Below are positions 1 through 16,379 of a DNA stretch of 64,000 nucleotides, in pieces; position 1 is the first letter of the stretch; each line of letters opens with the position of its first letter. Source of the stretch: Eledone cirrhosa (taxonomy: Eukaryota); the NCBI GenBank assembly GCA_964016885.1, contig OZ024742.1, positions 152,892,001 to 152,956,000 on the forward strand, in the 5' to 3' direction. Under the pieces are notes generated by a model. The model had not been told where the DNA came from. It made no database searches and saw only the letters and a program-made list of their open reading frames with translations. The position numbers and the translations under genes are program-made.

Positions 1-165
1 ATCTTGTATCAGTAATGACGGTAAAATATATATATATATGTGTGTGTGTGTGCGTGTAAGTGAGTAGAGTAGCGTGTGTGTGTGTTTGTTGTGTGTATGA
101 GTGTTGCTGTGTCTACGCATATGTATGCGTGTGTGTATATGTCGTACGTATAAGTGTCAATAAGT

Positions 166-197
<32 letters not shown>

Positions 198-199
<2 letters not shown>

Positions 200-500
200 G
201 CGGGGACATAGAAATAATCGGGCTGGATGCCCGATCGCGCAGTTAAACCACTGGGAGTGAAGAACCCCTAGCCCATGTCAGGGTATTCTTCTAGGAGAAG
301 GCATCTCAGGAAACTGGGTTAACTCCGATATAAAACCTGCGGCTCAGTAGTTACCGATGATGTTGATCTTTTCTTCTTTTCGGGTTATAGCTACTGTCGC
401 TCAGAGAGTGGGATTGGTTCAGTGCACAGTCTTTCCTCACTTTAAAAATATTCGTCACGCACAGGCATTGCACGAGTGCATTAATAATTATTAATAGTGT

Positions 501-538
<38 letters not shown>

Positions 539-543
539 TATTA

Positions 544-575
<32 letters not shown>

Positions 576-3500
576 CCAATTCAATGATGTTCCAGAACAA
601 TGTAAACGAGATAATTGCCAATTTGGGTTCTGGAACAAAAAAGATCATTGGCAATAAGGGCAGGGGCCCCAAGTTATCACAACCTGGGCCCGCCCGTCAT
701 CGTGCCATTGTAATAGAGCCAAACAGGGCATTTAGTCTTGGCTGCTGGAACGTACGGACGCTGCTTGACAGGGATTCTTTGGAGCGTCCTGAACGAAGGA
801 CCGCTCTTGTTGCAAAGGAGCTTCGACGTTACGATCTTGACATCGTGGCTTTGTCTGAGACGAGGTTAGCTGGAGATGGTCATCTTACGGAATTTTGTGG
901 AGAATATACATTCTTCTGGAAAGGAAGAGATGAAGGAACCAGAAGAGAGGCTGGGGTAGGATTTGCTGTTAAGACTGTACTGGTGAATAAATTAGAAGAA
1001 TTCCCAGTGGGGATTAGTGAGCGTCTTATGTCCATGAGAGTTCCGCTGGACAAGGGAAGATATGCTACCCTGGTGAGTGTGTATGCTCCAACTATGAATT
1101 CTGTCGATGAAGAAAAACTGTCCTTTTACCATGCCTTGAAAGGTGTTTTAAGAAATATCCCTCAGGCAGACAAAGTCATCGTGCTTGGTGACTTTAATGC
1201 TAGAGTGGGTAGGGATTTTAACACATGGAATGTAATCGGAAGGCATGGGGTGGGAAAGTGTAACAGCAATGGTATGCTCTTGCTGCAGATGTGTGAGGAG
1301 CTGGATCTGTGTGTTACCAACACCATGTTCCAACAAAAGAACAAATTCAAGACCACATGGATGCATCCTGCATCTAAGGAATGGCATCTTTTGGACTACG
1401 TCCTAGTCAGGATGCGTGACAGACAGGATGTGCAGTGTGTTCGTGTTCTTCGTGGAGCTGAGTGCTGGACGGACCACCGCCTGGTACGCGCAAAAGTGAA
1501 TCTAATCACCAAACGTAAAATCCGGGCTCCTGGTGTTACCCTGCCCAAAAGATTGAATGCTGCTCGTCTTAAGGATAAAAATGTGAAGAGGACATTGGAA
1601 GAAGAGATGCAGGCTGCAGATCTTGGTGAGGATTGGCCGACCCTTAAAAAGTCGGTTTATGATGTAGGCAGACGTGTTCTGGGATTGGTGCAGAGAAAAC
1701 ATCAGGACTGGTTTAATGAGAAAGATGTGCATATAGATGACTTGTTGGCTGATAAGAGGCGCGCTCTGTCACGCTACTTGACGGCAAAACCACAGGAGAG
1801 GAATACGTTGCATGAGGAGCTCAGGGATGTAAAATCACGTGTTAGGCGGAGTCTTTCTCAGATGAAGGATCAGTGGTGGAGTGAGAAGGCTGGTGAGATA
1901 CAAACTGCGTCTGATTGCAATAACACAAAGCTGTTGTACAGTCTCTTGCGTGAGGTTTATGGACCGTCTTCTTCTCTGGTGACACCGATTCGCAGCAAGG
2001 ATGGCAAAGAACTTCTTCGTGACTCACAGGGAATTCTATGAAGGTGGCGAGAGCACTTTGATGATCTTTCGAATCAGCCGTCTGTCGTCAGTGAAGATTT
2101 CCTCAATCTCATTCCGGAAAGTCCTGTGAAAGTAGCTCTCGCAGAACCTCCGACACTTGTGGAGGTTGCAGTGGCTATTTCGAAGCTGAACAGTGGAAGA
2201 TCTCCAGGTATGGATGGCATACATGCTGAGCTCCTACAATATGGTGGTGAGAGACTCCTGCAACATCTTCACTCTCTGTTTGGAAGGATATGGGCTAATG
2301 AATCCGTGCCTGAGGACTGGAGAGATGCAGTAATGGTGGTCTTGTACAAGGGAAAGGGTAACAGGAATGATTGTGGGAACTACAGAGGTATATCATTGCT
2401 TTCTGTCGTGGGGAAAGTTTTATGTAGGGTGCTTCTGGACCGTCTGCTGACACACATTGCAGATTGTGTCCTTCCTGAAAGTCAATCTGGTTTTCGTGTT
2501 GGACGCGGCACTACTGATATGATCTTCTCAGCTAGACAGCTCCAGGAGAAGTGCATTGAACAGGGCTTGGATCTGTATCAGGTTTTTGTCGATCTGACAA
2601 AGGCTTTCGATACTGTCAACAGAGATGCATTATGGAAGGTTCTCCAGAAACTTGGTTGCCCTGATAAGTTCCTTGCTTTAGTTAGGTCTTTCCATGACGA
2701 CATGAAGGCTTGGGTTAATGTCGGAGGTAACATGTCGGAGCCTATCTCAGTAAAAAATGGAGTGAAACAGGGGGATATTCCAGCACCGACCCTGTTTGCC
2801 ATATACTTTGCAATGGTTTTCTGTATTGCATTCAGGAATTGCGAGCATGGTGTTTACATCCGATATCGAACCTCAGGCAGCATATTTAACATCAGGCGCT
2901 TTGCTGCGAAGACAAAAGTATTTACATCAGTCATAAGAGACCTCTTGTATGCAGATGATTGCGATCTTGTAGCGCACACAGAGAGTGATATGCAGCACAT
3001 TTTGAATGTATTTTCTGACGCTTGCACTGCCCTGGGTTTGACTGTCAGTCTCAAGAAAACCGTCGTCATGTACCAACCTGTACCTGGTAGGCAGTACACT
3101 GAACCAAACATCTATGTGTATGGCAGACGACTTGGAGTGGTTGATCAGTTTGTCTACCTGGGAAGCACTGTCAATCGATACGGCAACCTTGACAGTGAAA
3201 TCTCACTTAGGATTAGGAAAGCAAGTGATGCTTTCGGAAAGCTAGAAAGGCGACTCTGGGGTCGGCGAGACATATGCAGGAGGACAAAGGTAAAGGTGTA
3301 CAGGGCATGTGTACTCTCTTGTCTTCTTTATGCCTGCGAGACCTGGGTCACATATCGACGCCACCTTAAGCAATTGGAGCGTTTCCATCAGATGTGTCTC
3401 AGACGGATACATGGCGTTCGCTGGAGGGACCACATCAGTGATGTCGAGATTTTGGAAAGCTCTATGTGTGACAGTATAGAAGCTCTTGTGCTTAAGCAGC

Positions 3501-4137
3501 GACTCCGTTGGAGTGGTCACCTTGCCAGGATGAAGGATTCTAGAATACCAAAACAACTCTTCTATGGAGAGTTGGTTAAAGGAAAACGACCGCCACATAA
3601 ACCAAAAAAGAGGTATAAGGATTCCTTGAAAGCCTCTCTGAAAGACGCTAACATCTCTGCTGATACATGGGAAAATATTGCTGCTGATCGTAATAAATGG
3701 AGAAAGACTGTATATGAGGGAAAAGTTGCCTTTGAGGCATCTCGAATCGCACACGAGAAAGTAAAGCGGGACGTGAGGAAGGGTATTGCTGTTGCACTTC
3801 CAGACGGCGAGGGTCCTCCTATGTTTCTGACATGCAGCGTCTGTGCGAGACTCTGCCTAAGCAAAGCTGGACTCGAAAGTCATCTTCGCAGTCATAAAGT
3901 AAGACCAGTGGTTGACTACCAGGCTGCTGTTGGAGATGCTACTCATCATGCTTGCCAAACATGTTGTAGAGAATGTAAATCAGCAGGAGGACTCAAGCGA
4001 CATGCAAAAGTACACGAACTCCAACCACAGCCGACTATTCCCAGTAAATGTTTTGGTTGCCGACTCTGTGCAAGACATTTTAGATCATTGGCTGGGCTAA
4101 AAAGCCACATTCGATCGCAGCACTGTTAGTTGCTATC

Positions 4138-4179
<42 letters not shown>

Positions 4180-4258
4180 GCTTATGTGCGTGCGTGTGTG
4201 TGTATATATATATGAATATGTATATTATTATTGTTGTTGTCGTTATTATTATTATTGC

Positions 4259-4307
<49 letters not shown>

Positions 4308-4427
4308 GTTATTAATGTATGTGTGTATATATGTGTGAGAGTATGTGTATGTATGTGTGTGTGTATATATGTATGTATGTGTATGTATGTGTGTGTGTAT
4401 ATATATGTGTATATATATATATATGTA

Positions 4428-4462
<35 letters not shown>

Positions 4463-4486
4463 CTTTTCCCTTTTTTTTTTTTTTTT

Positions 4487-4531
<45 letters not shown>

Positions 4532-4620
4532 TTTTTTTTATTTTTATTTATTTTTTTTTTTTTATTTTTTTTTTTTTTATTGTGCAATGGCCATACTCGA
4601 TAACGAGGGGGCAGCCATCA
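198..4620 (+). mobile_element. RTE-clade LINE, near full length
   Basis: 5' UTR-like segment ~198-480, APE+RT ORF 584-4129, microsatellite-laden 3' UTR ending in TGTGCAATGGCCATACTCGATAACGAGGGGGCAGCCATCA then (TA)n. 5' boundary approximate. Confidence 0.88.
584..4129 (+). pseudogene. RTE ORF: APE endonuclease + reverse transcriptase + three C-terminal C2H2 zinc fingers, one in-frame stop
   Basis: ORFs 584-2041 and 2126-4129 share a frame, split only by TGA 2039-2041 (GIL*RWREHF). Motifs WNVRTL, LSETR, GDFNARVG, TDHRL, NYRGISLL, FVDLTKAFD, GVKQG, LYADD; three CxxC-x12-HxxxH-type fingers. Confidence 0.93.
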
Positions 4621-4663
4621 TATATATATATATATACATATATATGTATATACATACATATAC

Positions 4664-4823
<160 letters not shown>

Positions 4824-4829
4824 GTATAT

Positions 4830-4864
<35 letters not shown>

Positions 4865-5198
4865 TAATAGGAACTCCAACTATGTCTGATTTACTCGTTT
4901 TATTTACACACCTTTAAAATTTATAATGGTATTATAATGAAATAGTATGATAGAATATTAAATGTTAAGTGTTAATTGAACAAGTACTTTTATGATTTCG
5001 CAATCTTCAGGTTCATAATGTGTGGTGACAGTTAAGTTTGCAATGTTCAACTGTAATGAGATGGGTAAATTTTGTACCTTATATACAGTGAAAAGTAGCT
5101 CCAGAAAGCTAAATTTTGCAAACTGTATTTAGACCAATCGGTGTATAGTTTCACTGAATTACTAAAGCTGATTGGTTTAGGCGTCACGGTTGGTTATG

Positions 5199-5233
<35 letters not shown>

Positions 5234-5290
5234 GTATATATGTATATATATGTATATATATGTATATATATATATGTATATATGTATATA

Positions 5291-5414
<124 letters not shown>

Positions 5415-6963
5415 ACCTACCTAAATACAAAAACAGAAATTTTCACCAGTTGCCCACACATGAAATCACACTTGCTTTCTAGCTTATATAAACTTAACTC
5501 ACTTTCAGATACTTATCCTCCATAAACTCTTATTCTCCACTTTCCTTAAATTATCCTCTTTACAGACTTCTCTTTCTGATTTTCTTTCATTTTTAACTTT
5601 ATTTTTAATTTTAATTTCATTTTTACTTCACATCCACCAGTATCCTCCCACCCCCTACTTTTCGATTCACTTCCCTAATATCTTCACATTCCACATTTTA
5701 CACCCCCATTTTCTTTCACTACCTGATACAACTTGTCACTTGCGTTTTCCACTCTAGATATATCATATTGTTTCGCAGCTGATTTTATATTTGTACTCAT
5801 TTATTCATATGGCTGATTTATAATCTTTATCTATGTGTCTGAGTGTGCTTATGCCTGTATACGTTCTGTATATGTATACGAACGCCTCCGTATGTGTGCG
5901 TGCGTACGTACGTATATATATGTGTGTGTATGTGTGTTTTTATATCTATGTTTTTTTTATATCTATGTTTTTTACATTCTTATTTTTACGTGTGTGTGTA
6001 TGCGGGTGAATGTATGTGTATGTGTATGTATATGTGTATGTATATGTGTATATATGTATATGTATGTATGGGTGTGTATGTATATGTGTATATATATATA
6101 GTCGCGTACGTACGTGTGATTAGATATACATGTGGCGATATATATATATATACGTGCCTCGTGTGTATGTACGCATGCATGCGCTTTTGTCTGTACGTAT
6201 TTGTGTGTATAAATATTTTTCTGTATATATATATGTGTATGTACGTGCGTACCTATGTTTGTTTTATTTTCTCTAGTGTTAATTGATTACTTTCTCTTTG
6301 ATTTAAACATTTTTTCATTCTAATATATTGTTTCATTTTTATACATATATCGATAATGACACTTCTTTTTATTACACTCCCTTCCCGCTTTATCTTCCCC
6401 ATATAAGTGACCGCGCGTGTGTGTGTGTTTATACGCGTGCTTTCATACTCGTATGTGTATTAAATACCTGTATCTGGATGCGTGTCTACTATATTATCAT
6501 ACAATTCCTTTTTCAACTCATATTATATACGTATTTGTGGTCACATATACACAAATATACTTTCCCTCATATATGTACTTCCGCACATATTTTCACCATA
6601 CACATGCATTTGTACATACACACATATGTACATTTGTGAGTGTATATACATACATATACACATACCCTAACTATATTTCCTCATATTGTTTTTATATTTT
6701 TTTAATATATCTCTTGCATTACTTTTATTTATATAATTTTTGCATTTATTGAGAGACATTCCAAATATTTCACTTTGATTTAAATTGCATTGTCCGACGA
6801 ACGAAGGAGGACATTTTTCGTATTCGTCTTATTCGGTAAACCTCTGGTAATGAGGTAATTATATTGTATTGTTTATTATAACTTAGATTTTGCTCTGGTA
6901 CTAGCATAGACCGCTCTTCACTCCTATGACTTTTTCAATTTTCAACGGAAACTTCAATACATA

Positions 6964-7015
<52 letters not shown>

Positions 7016-7064
7016 CATATATATATACAAATATACATATATATATACATATATATATATATAC

Positions 7065-7922
<858 letters not shown>

Positions 7923-7925
7923 CAC

Positions 7926-7990
<65 letters not shown>

Positions 7991-8028
7991 TACATATATA
8001 TATACATATATACATTGATTCATCAACA

Positions 8029-8796
8029 ATGGCCGATCTACTAAATGAAACTATTGACCCCTCAGTGGCCTCTGTCTCACAGCATGAAACGCCACATTCT
8101 TTCTCTGTCCCAGCAGTCCAATCATCACCACTGCCAACATCTCTGCCTACTACTACTACTACTACTACTACAACATTTTTGTCTACTGCTATGTCAAGGA
8201 ATTTACCTTCTAATACCAGATCAAGAACTCTCCCTCCCACAATCCACAAAGGTCGTCAAATCCTACCCAAACCATCATCTACACCTCTCACAACACACAC
8301 ACCCACATACCCACCCACTCGAAACCCCATCATTTGCCGCTACTCTCTACGCTATAGAATATGTACGGATAGTGGCTGCAAATTCACCCATTTACCTAGG
8401 ACAAAACGATCTATCCCCACAAACAGCCACCACCATAATACATACTCTAATTTAACACCAACACAACCACCAATAGCTCAAACGAGGAATCCACAAATTT
8501 GCCGCTTTTCCCTGCGAGACAGATTGTGTTTAGACCGGGATTGTCCCTTTACCCATCTCCCGGGGACCCGTCGGACAAATGAAAATAAAATTAAAAATAA
8601 AAACAAAAACAAAAACCATAACCTACATAAAAATAACCACTACCACAGTCACCAACAGTCTTCTAAACAGGAAACTTCTTCCTCTTTTTTAGCCATAATG
8701 AATCTGGCAAAAGTACTGGAAAAAAACATTCGAGCTATCACCCAGCACCACCCTCCACTATCACCCCACTGCACAAACTCCCATTGCTGCCATTAA
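8029..8796 (+). CDS. LINE ORF1 with two CCCH-type zinc fingers
   Basis: ATG at 8029 (MADLLNET...); [19 protein letters not shown] and [19 protein letters not shown]; Pro/Thr/Ser-rich N-terminus; overlaps the ORF2 start. Confidence 0.7.
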   Translation: MADLLNETIDPSVASVSQHETPHSFSVPAVQSSPLPTSLPTTTTTTTTTFLSTAMSRNLPSNTRSRTLPPTIHKGRQILPKPSSTPLTTHTPTYPPTRNPIICRYSLRYRICTDSGCKFTHLPRTKRSIPTNSHHHNTYSNLTPTQPPIAQTRNPQICRFSLRDRLCLDRDCPFTHLPGTRRTNENKIKNKNKNKNHNLHKNNHYHSHQQSSKQETSSSFLAIMNLAKVLEKNIRAITQHHPPLSPHCTNSHCCH

Positions 8797-11700
8797 CAAA
8801 CAAACAAATTAACAACACACCAAAACAATTAAAACCATCCACTCTCGCCTCTACATTTTTGCTTAACGCCCAAGGCATCAGCCCTTCCACCAATACTCAA
8901 AAATGGAAGATCAAATTCCTGGAGGACTGGATTGATGTCCATCCAAACCACATCCCTTTCTTCGTCCTCACTGAAACCCATCTCAGTAACCTCCATTTGG
9001 AAGCCGAGGTGAAAGTGAAAAATTTCAAAGCCATCCGTGCTGATCGCGCTGGCAGAAGAAAGGGCGGAACTGCCATTTATGTCCATAATTCTTTCTCAAC
9101 AGAGGCTATGAACATATTCACTAATGGATACTGTGAGGCAGTCACTGTATTCAGTCAAACCAACAACCTCTTAGTAGTTGGGCTCTATAGGCCACCCCAA
9201 ACGCCTGTACCATGATTCAAGGAATGCCTCAACAGCATAAAGTGTTTCATCCAAGAGTGTCACCCTGACAACATCTTAATGATGGGGGACTTCAACCTCC
9301 CCGGAGTTGACTGGTCCACAAACAGCCTGCCACCAGGTTCTTCTGCCTCAACCTCTGACAGGGAAGCTGTGGAATCGCTTCTTGACTTCATGGATGATTT
9401 CTTCCTATCCCAACTGGTGCTCGAACCAACGAGGTGCCACAAAAACGTCCTAGACTTAATTTTCAACAATCAGACTGTAAATATCCACAATATTGCAGTG
9501 GAGAAAACTCTACTCTCTGATCATGACATGGTTCTCTGTGATCTGAGATTCCACCGTCCAATATACAAACCCAATGTCATCTCTCCTGTCCATCCGTTTG
9601 ACGCTATGGATTTCCACAATGCAAACTGGGAAGCGATCAGTCATGATCTTGCACATGTCGACTGGTCCTTCACGCACACTCATACACCCACTAACATCAA
9701 AAAGTCCTGGCAGACATTTGTGGACACTGTTACAAACATATGTGCTAAACACACCCCATTAAGAACTATAAACAAATCTAAGAGCAGAATCCCTAGAAAT
9801 AGAAAAACGCTCATCAGAAAAATTAAGAGAACGAACAAAAACATCAACAAGCTGAAATACTGTCAGCAGCAAAAAATCAACTTAACTGCCATTTCATCAC
9901 TAGAGATTAAAAAACATAACCCCCAAAACAACATAATGTCCCTCATCAACAATCAGAGAAGAGCTGAAGAGGCCTGGGCCATTGAGAAGATCAAACTCAA
10001 TCCCAAAGTGTTCTTTTCATTTGCAAAAAAACACAAAATCACTGGCTCTACTGTTGGCCCTCTAATTGATGAAAATGGCACTCTTCAAGACAATGCTAAA
10101 ACCATGGGTGAGATACTGCAGAAACAATACTGCTCTGTTTTCAGCAATCCTGATATGGCCGATCTGGGCTGTATCGGCGATGTTACTCCCCATTACACCT
10201 TATCGGACATAACGTTTGGCGCCCCTGATGTCTTGGCGGCAATAAAGGAAATCAAGCATAATTCAGCAGTAGGTCCCGATAGGTTCCCTGCTTGTGTCTT
10301 GAAGGCGTGTCAACACCAACTTGCATCTCCTCTTGCCAATCTGTGGCGGAACTCACTGGATGCTGGATATGTGCCAGAAAACCTTCTATCCCAGTCTGTT
10401 GTCCCAGTTTTCAAAAAGGGAAACAAATCCCTTGCCGTGAATTACCGTCCAATCTCACTCACCTCTCATATCATTAAGGTATTTGAGAGAGTGGTGAGAT
10501 CGCGAATGACCCACTTCCTTGAGAGTAACAATATGCTGAACTCCAAACAGCATGGATTCCGTAATGGAAGGGATTGCCTGACGCAGCTACTGCATCACTT
10601 TGATGACAGTTTGAGAGCCTTGGGAGAGGGTTCCAACACTGATGTTATCTACCTTGATTTCAGCAAGGCCTTTGACAGGGTTGATCATAACATTCTACTG
10701 AGAAAGCTGTCCAATATTGGTATCACTGGAAAGCTGCTGCAGTGGATCAAGAGCTTCCTGTCAAACAGAACCCAACATGTTGTAGTTGAGGGAGTCAAAT
10801 CCAGCCCAGCCAAAGTCAGTAGTGGGGTCCCACAAGGCACTGTGTTGGGCCCACTTCTCTTCATCATCTATATTAATGACATCACTGACATCATCAAACA
10901 CAGCAACATTAAAATTTTCGCTGATGATTACAAGCTCCAAAAGGTCATCAATGGCGTGGATGACCGGATAAGCCTTCAGTCAGACCTACTGGCTGTTACC
11001 CAATGGGCGGAAAAGAACAACATGTTACTGAACGAAGACAAATTCGAACTGATCCACTTTGGAAAAGAGGATGCTCTGAAACACCCGTACTCCCTTCCCT
11101 CCGGGGAAACTCTCGTGGCATCTAACAACATCAGAGACTTGGGAGTAACTGTGGACAGCAACATAAGCTGGACCACACATATAAGCAGCAAAGTTGACAT
11201 GGCCCGCAGAATGTGTTCCTGGATCCTCAGAACCTTCCAGTCGAGAGATTCCCGCACCATTATCCTTCTCTTCTCTACTTTTGCCCGACCACACCTTGAA
11301 TACTGTTGTCCACTGTGGTCTCCCCACACGAAACAAAGTATCATGAAACTTGAAGCTCCTCAAAGGGCAATCACGAAAAAGATAGATGGCATGTCAGACC
11401 TTGACTACTGGGGTCGATTGGAAAACCTGAAACTTTACTCACTCCAACGTCGCCGTGAGCGTTATATTATCTGCATGATGTGGAAAATGTTCCATCATCA
11501 CTGCCCAAATGATGTTGGCATCGCCTTCAAGATACACCCAAGGCTTGGGCCCCGTGCTATCCGTCCCATTCAAAAATCTAAATCGCAACTCATAACAACA
11601 ATACGGCACAATTATTTCACCTCAATCGGCCCTGCTCTCTTCAACATCACACCAGGACACGTCAAAACAGAAACTGACCACACAAAATTCAAGAAGTCTT

Positions 11701-11840
11701 TGGACAAATTCCTCCAAGTAATCCCGGACAAACCACCCACACCCGGATATGTCTCCGCAAACAGTAATTCTCTTCTCGAATGGGCCATGGTGCCCAAATC
11801 CAGAATTGAAAGACTTCGCCAGGTGGTGCTATTAAGTTAG
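8784..11840 (+). pseudogene. LINE ORF2: APE endonuclease + reverse transcriptase, one in-frame stop
   Basis: 8784-9215 and 9279-11840 share a frame, split by TGA 9213-9215. LTETH, GLYRPP, GDFNLP, SDH, NYRPISLTS, YLDFSKAFD, GVPQGTVLGP, FADD, YSLQRRRERY. Confidence 0.92.
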
Positions 11841-11989
11841 ACATGGCCTGGGCCAATACTGGCCAAAACATTTCAAAGTTATTCAAAGTTATATATATAC
11901 ATATATATTTACATATATTTCTCCAAGTATTAGTTGGAGTGAGGTCATATATTTTATCGTTCCTGGGGTTTTTAACCTTAGGATAGGAA

Positions 11990-12077
11990 AATGCTTCTCT
12001 GATGATCTTTGCTTTTCAATTAATATCCACGTGATATCTAATGTTTTGCAACGTGAAACTGTACGGTTAGGGCCATT
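11990..12077 (+). ncRNA. Degenerate type I hammerhead in a solo pLTR-like remnant
   Basis: AATGCTTCT-CTGATGA(11999)-long imperfect stem II-GAAA(12055)-CTGTACGG-TT-AGGGCCATT. Confidence 0.55.
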
Positions 12078-12190
12078 TGAATAGGTAAATATTTATATTA
12101 TATTTTTTTAATTTTGATTAATTTTAATTGTATATTAATTTTGATTTATTTTGAAAAATTGGTTGAATTTTACTTATTCTGCTTATCTTG

Positions 12191-14340
<2,150 letters not shown>

Positions 14341-14370
14341 AAAGAATAGAGGTGTAACACACAAGTTATT

Positions 14371-14635
14371 ATATATTGGTAAATGGAATAGAAAATGCTG
14401 ACAATTTGTTCACAGTTGAAAAATGGTTTAATTAGGAATACAAACAGCACGGACACTCTATCTCAAAATTATTTTTGAAAAGCATTTAGAAATGCGCAAC
14501 CGGTAAAAACTTAAAAACTTAAAACCACAACTGAATACTAACCCATACAATCACTAATACTCTTTTATTCCTAATTAAACCATTTTTCAACTGTGAACAA
14601 TTTGTCAGCATTTTCTATTCCGTTTACCAATATAT
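14371..14635. repeat. Small fold-back element with ~70-bp inverted arms around a hammerhead-like variant
   Basis: 14371-14440 is the reverse complement of 14566-14635; centre TTT-TTGAAAA-GCAT..ATGC-GCAA-CCGG-TA-AAA; related single-arm copy at ~42812-42975. Confidence 0.7.
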
Positions 14636-14712
14636 ATATATATATATATACATATATATATACATATACATATATAACTATATATATATATATATATACA
14701 TATATCTATATA

Positions 14713-14818
<106 letters not shown>

Positions 14819-14830
14819 CATACATATATA

Positions 14831-14994
14831 TCTATCTAAGGCGGGTAAAATTCCGGTGATCCATGGACGAGTTCTCTCCAGCGGTCTCTGTCCCTCATTG
14901 TCGCTGCCATGTCCTGCGTCTCCAACAGACCAGTGTCTGACCTTAGGGCATCAACATACGTCAACCTTGGTCTTCCTCTTCCAGTGTGTCCATG

Positions 14995-14996
<2 letters not shown>
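14831..14996 (-). mobile_element. 5'-truncated copy of the RTE-like LINE at 55459-58509
   Basis: Encodes [25 protein letters not shown]...HGSPEFYPP*, nearly identical to the C-terminus of ORF 55545-58496, with the same (TAGA)n tail. Confidence 0.93.
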
Positions 14997-15026
<30 letters not shown>

Positions 15027-15349
15027 CATAAATATATACATATATATATATATATATACATACATATATAAATACATATATATATACATATATATATACA
15101 TATATAAATATATACATATATACATATGTATATATATACATATATATATATATATAAATATGTAGATAAATCTACCAAAATGTACGGTAGTGTCCAATCC
15201 GTATGAAGAACTCAATGTAATCCGAACATCATGAAAAGAGAAGATGTATTCAAAAACATTTTTGGATGAAAAATACAGGAAAACAGAGCCAATATAATTT
15301 AATAAAAATAATGAATAAACAAAGAAACAGTTCCTTATATTAAAAAATT

Positions 15350-15485
15350 CATCATTTTACGATTGTTTCTAGGATATATATGTCAGTGTTGGGATGCATA
15401 TCCTATAGATCTATGTAACATTTTCCCAAAGTATCAGAAGGAATATACATGCCTACACATATATATGCTGTCTTCAGAAATAATG
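15350..15485 (-). ncRNA. Type I hammerhead with ~100-nt extended stem II, in pLTR-like remnant ~15162-15720
   Basis: Minus strand: CATTATTT-CTGAAGA...GAAA-CAATCG-TA-AAATGATG; homologous to 26037-26175. Confidence 0.72.
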
Positions 15486-15735
15486 ATATTTGTTTATTGA
15501 AAAAAACCAACAAAGATTTAATGCAATAGGTCTGTTTGGGAACAGGTTTTGAATTGACCAATAGAAAGATAGTGAAAATCAAGATGGTAAAATAGTAGTA
15601 AAAGAACCTTAATTTAGGGGTGGAGGAAGGTAGATTTCAGTTTTGGATGGAAAGAATATTATGAATGAAAGATTATTTTAGCGATGAAAACAGGTCATAT
15701 GCTGTCTTCAGAAATAATTACATATATATATATAC

Positions 15736-15811
<76 letters not shown>

Positions 15812-16379
15812 ACATATACATATACATATATATATATACATATATTAGTTTTGCGAGGTTTTTTATATGAAATCGTGTGTCAAAACAAATATTGTTATAC
15901 TTGGGGAGGGTCATATTTGTGTAATATTGCCAGAATTAATAACAGAACACACTCACTGTTTGGTTGGTTTTCGCTTCTCGCTGTCTTTTATATCGGTAAT
16001 ATAACTTACTCGGTCGTCAATGTAGCCATTGACTGACCGACGGTCAAAAATAATACAAATACAATATAGACACAAACACATATATATAGTTTATCATAAA
16101 TATATCGTTCCACATCTGCACCATCGTCAGTGGTGTTATATTTTCCTCCTGTTGTGTTGTATGTCTACGCCATTTTTATTCAGTCTGTCTATTTATTTAT
16201 TTATTTGCTTGTTTGTTTATTTTATTTCGTCTTCTTTGCGCATGCATTTGCGTGTGTGTATAGTGTTATGTTTGCTGTGTGATGGGTGACTAGTGTGTGT
16301 TTATGTGCTTGTTGTTATTGTGCTTGTGTATGTATTTATTTTATTTATTTACTTATTTATACTTCTCTTAGGTCAGTGT

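Larger units (their letters stand above)
8014..11891 (+). mobile_element. CR1/L2-group LINE with ORF1 and ORF2
   Basis: Two-ORF layout, 3' tail TTTCAAAGTTATTCAAAGTTA, flanked by (TA)n. Exact clade not determinable by eye. Confidence 0.88.

Noticed and set aside
198-480. HDV-like ribozyme in the RTE 5' UTR
   Set aside because: Expected from some RTE families, but I could not build the double pseudoknot by eye.
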